Source: Rhizodiscina lignyota (Eukaryota). From it: a DNA stretch of 64,000 bases. The stretch is taken from NCBI GenBank assembly GCA_010015805.1, contig ML978134.1, forward strand, positions 310,001-374,000, given 5' to 3'. The translations under genes were made by a program, and so were the position numbers. Under the pieces are notes generated by a model. It did no database searches. It saw nothing but the letters and a program-made list of their open reading frames with translations, and was not told where the DNA came from. Below, piece after piece: positions 61,590 through 64,000 of this stretch (its first letter is position 1; each line of letters starts with the position of its first letter).

Positions 61590-62861
61590 GGTGAAAGTGG
61601 CATGCTGCAGGGTTGATGTAGGGAGTGTTGGTTGAAGAGACTAGCTTGATAGAAGCAAGAGAGCTAAAACGCACAAAAGCATCCCAGCCACTAGCGGGTG
61701 ACATGGGTTTAACTTGCGTCTGATTGGAGGAAATACTGAGTCAGCGGCTGGCGCCTACAGTGTGAGGTACAACGAACCCTCACAATTAAATAAGGTACCT
61801 AGGCAACGAACGGTACTTTACGTTAACGAGCTATGTCTGTCCCTTTTATTTTGGACTTTACTTCGACGTACGCCGTTCAGAAAGCGTGGATATGACCTTA
61901 TCGTGGTTCTTAGCCTCCATTAGATAAAGCCTAATCTGAAACACAAAAATGTATTTCCGCTTTTCGACCCCTGCTGATCTGCCACTTCCAAAAATCCTCA
62001 CTCCAGGGAGTCATATCTTGTCCCCATATGACACTATTGGCTTTACCCAAATTTTGGGCAATATACAAAACCAGGTACCTCGTGCGTCTACGTCAGCAGC
62101 GTGACGGCATAGTATTACTCCGCTTCAATCGTGATCCAGCGAACTACCAGGCCTTCCAATACCACCAACAACTGCAGCGACATGGTTTATGTACTGTGCA
62201 GTGCGTGCAGATGGCTGCTGTGCGACCAGCGACGAAGAACTGGTGCAGCCGATAATGGGGGGGCGGGATGTGCCGAGGAATTATATTGGGGCTCTCTTGT
62301 CAGACAGGGGAAAGAGTGCCCGAGGTTTCGATCGTCGCTGCCAGCCACGGCCGGGTTCTCTAGCGCGAGAAGGTCCGCATCCTGCATCCTGTCTGCATTC
62401 CCGTCCCATTGTTCCAAAACCAAACCACCACTCCATGCAGCACCGCCCCAAACTTCCCCTCTCGTCCCTTGTCAGCATTTTTGCTCCTCACATCCTGGAG
62501 TTCCACGCGTTCCAGTTCTTCGTTTGTCAAACCCAGCAACGCTAGGCTCTTGGTTTACCTCCCATTCGATGGGCTCGCCCTTCGTTGATCAAGCTTTGGC
62601 CAATTTAGTGGCGCTCAAAGCACACGAATCATGGCGCAGCAGGAAAGCCGTTGACGGTTGGGGAGGGTACCGGAGGCGTTGCTGAGCTCGCCGCTTGCAA
62701 CTCCTGCAAATTAAAAGGCGACGCTCCCAGCCCGCGAGTGCAGCTCTTTCACGCATCCGCCTTCATAACCCTTACTGTCGCTCCTCTTTTCGCAGCGCAA
62801 TCATCCACATTCTTACAGTCGCTCTTTGCCATTTTATTTAATACTTCTAATAATCTTCAGC

Positions 62862-63429
62862 ATGCGTTTCTTCACCCTGCTCGCGCTTGCCGGCGCCGCT
62901 ATCGCTACTCCTGAGGTCGAGAAGAGACAAGATTCATCCGTGAACACGTGAGTATCTACTCAATCGCGTCAAAAGTCCGTGAATCTGACGCGCCTTTAGC
63001 GCTTCCATCTATGGTGTACTGATCACCGCCCTCCCTTCCTCTCTCCTCGCTGAAGCCACCAACACCGCAAAACTCTCTTCCGATATCGCGAACCAATTCA
63101 AGACGACTACACCCGGCTGGTTCCAGTCGCTCCCATCAGATGTCCAGAGCTATCTGATCGATCAGGGCGAGAGCACAATGTCGGTTATGAGCACAGCTGG
63201 CACCGCTGGGGCAAGCTCTGGCGTCTCTGCCTCCAAGAATGCATCCACCATCGCAACCCCAACTCTCTCTGCCTCATCTGGGTCCGGCTCCTCTTCCGGT
63301 GGTTCTTCAGGCGGATCTGGGTCTTCAGGAGCCTCTAGCGTCTCAACTGCTGCCGCCGCCATTCCAACCGCTGTTGTCGGTGGAGGCATTGCCGGCCTCA
63401 TCGGTCTCATTGGTATGCTGGCTCTGTAA
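62862..63429 (+). CDS. Small secreted Ser/Gly-rich, probably GPI-anchored cell-wall protein
   Basis: MRFFTLLALAGAAIATPEVEKRQ (signal peptide plus KR site), intron ~62948-62999, TPGWFQSLPSDVQSYL motif, S/G-rich linker, hydrophobic C-terminus GGGIAGLIGLIGMLAL*. Confidence 0.9.
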
Positions 63430-64000
63430 TTGAGGAATTGCAGTTTGGTGGGGAATTATATTATAAGAGTGGCAAAAGTCCAAGATGCGATGGCTTCCAA
63501 GCTACCGCATCACGGTGGAGTTGTAATGTGGAGGGTCAACTTTTTGCATGGAAGCGCACATTTCTGCCATTTAGTCTTGAGATGAGGGAATTTTGATACC
63601 ACAAAGCTGTTTGGACTTCCATGTAGCTATATTTACCCTCTATCTAATTTGAAACCTCGAACTTTCCTTAAGCATTTCGTTTTACCTGTCCTCGACTCCC
63701 GTCTGCTTCTGCGCGGGCCTATGGTCACTCATGGCGAATAGAATTTCTACGCAAGGACCGAATTATACCTTCTCACTCAGTTCGTTAGTTACACGCAATA
63801 CATCGTATGTCTGGGTCAATATGTAGTTTATATCGATCGTCACAAGGGTATCAAGGCACAGACTTGCCCCCGCCTCGTACGTATCCAATACGAACTCAAG
63901 AAGCGCCCTTAGAGCCAGGGATATTGATTACAACCAATACGTACTTCAGATTTTGTAGATAATATGGGTAGATCTCGAAGTTGCGATGTATTATGGCCTC

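Overview
Gene-dense, intron-rich region of a filamentous ascomycete (Pezizomycotina, probably a Dothideomycete; the class is inferred). About 28 protein-coding genes were reconstructed by splicing the ORF track by eye. Conserved core genes: eIF3h, Med16/Sin4, two sirtuins (Hst4-type and Sir2-type), bacterial-type PI-PLC, a TilS-like PP-loop enzyme head-to-head with HSP10, HET-C, Rpp40, a Dal5/Soa1-like MFS transporter, the divergent ATP-citrate lyase pair, Tim54, and a Zn2Cys6 factor with a BED-like finger. Highlights: (i) a compact prcA-cmcA-chdA cluster that appears to encode the three steps from protocatechuate to 3-oxoadipate, interrupted by a small secreted protein gene; (ii) three divergent paralogous BTB/POZ genes with shared intron positions and a C-terminal CxxC...CxxC module; (iii) a dispersed non-coding repeat family (core ACTTTCAGAGATAGTCTCGCTT) next to accessory genes; (iv) a membrane-anchored histidine-phosphatase homolog lacking the catalytic His; (v) two GC-AG introns; (vi) a perfect 16-bp inverted repeat. 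No tRNA, rRNA, CRISPR or intact transposon was recognised. Family assignments come from motif recognition and recall, not from database searches.
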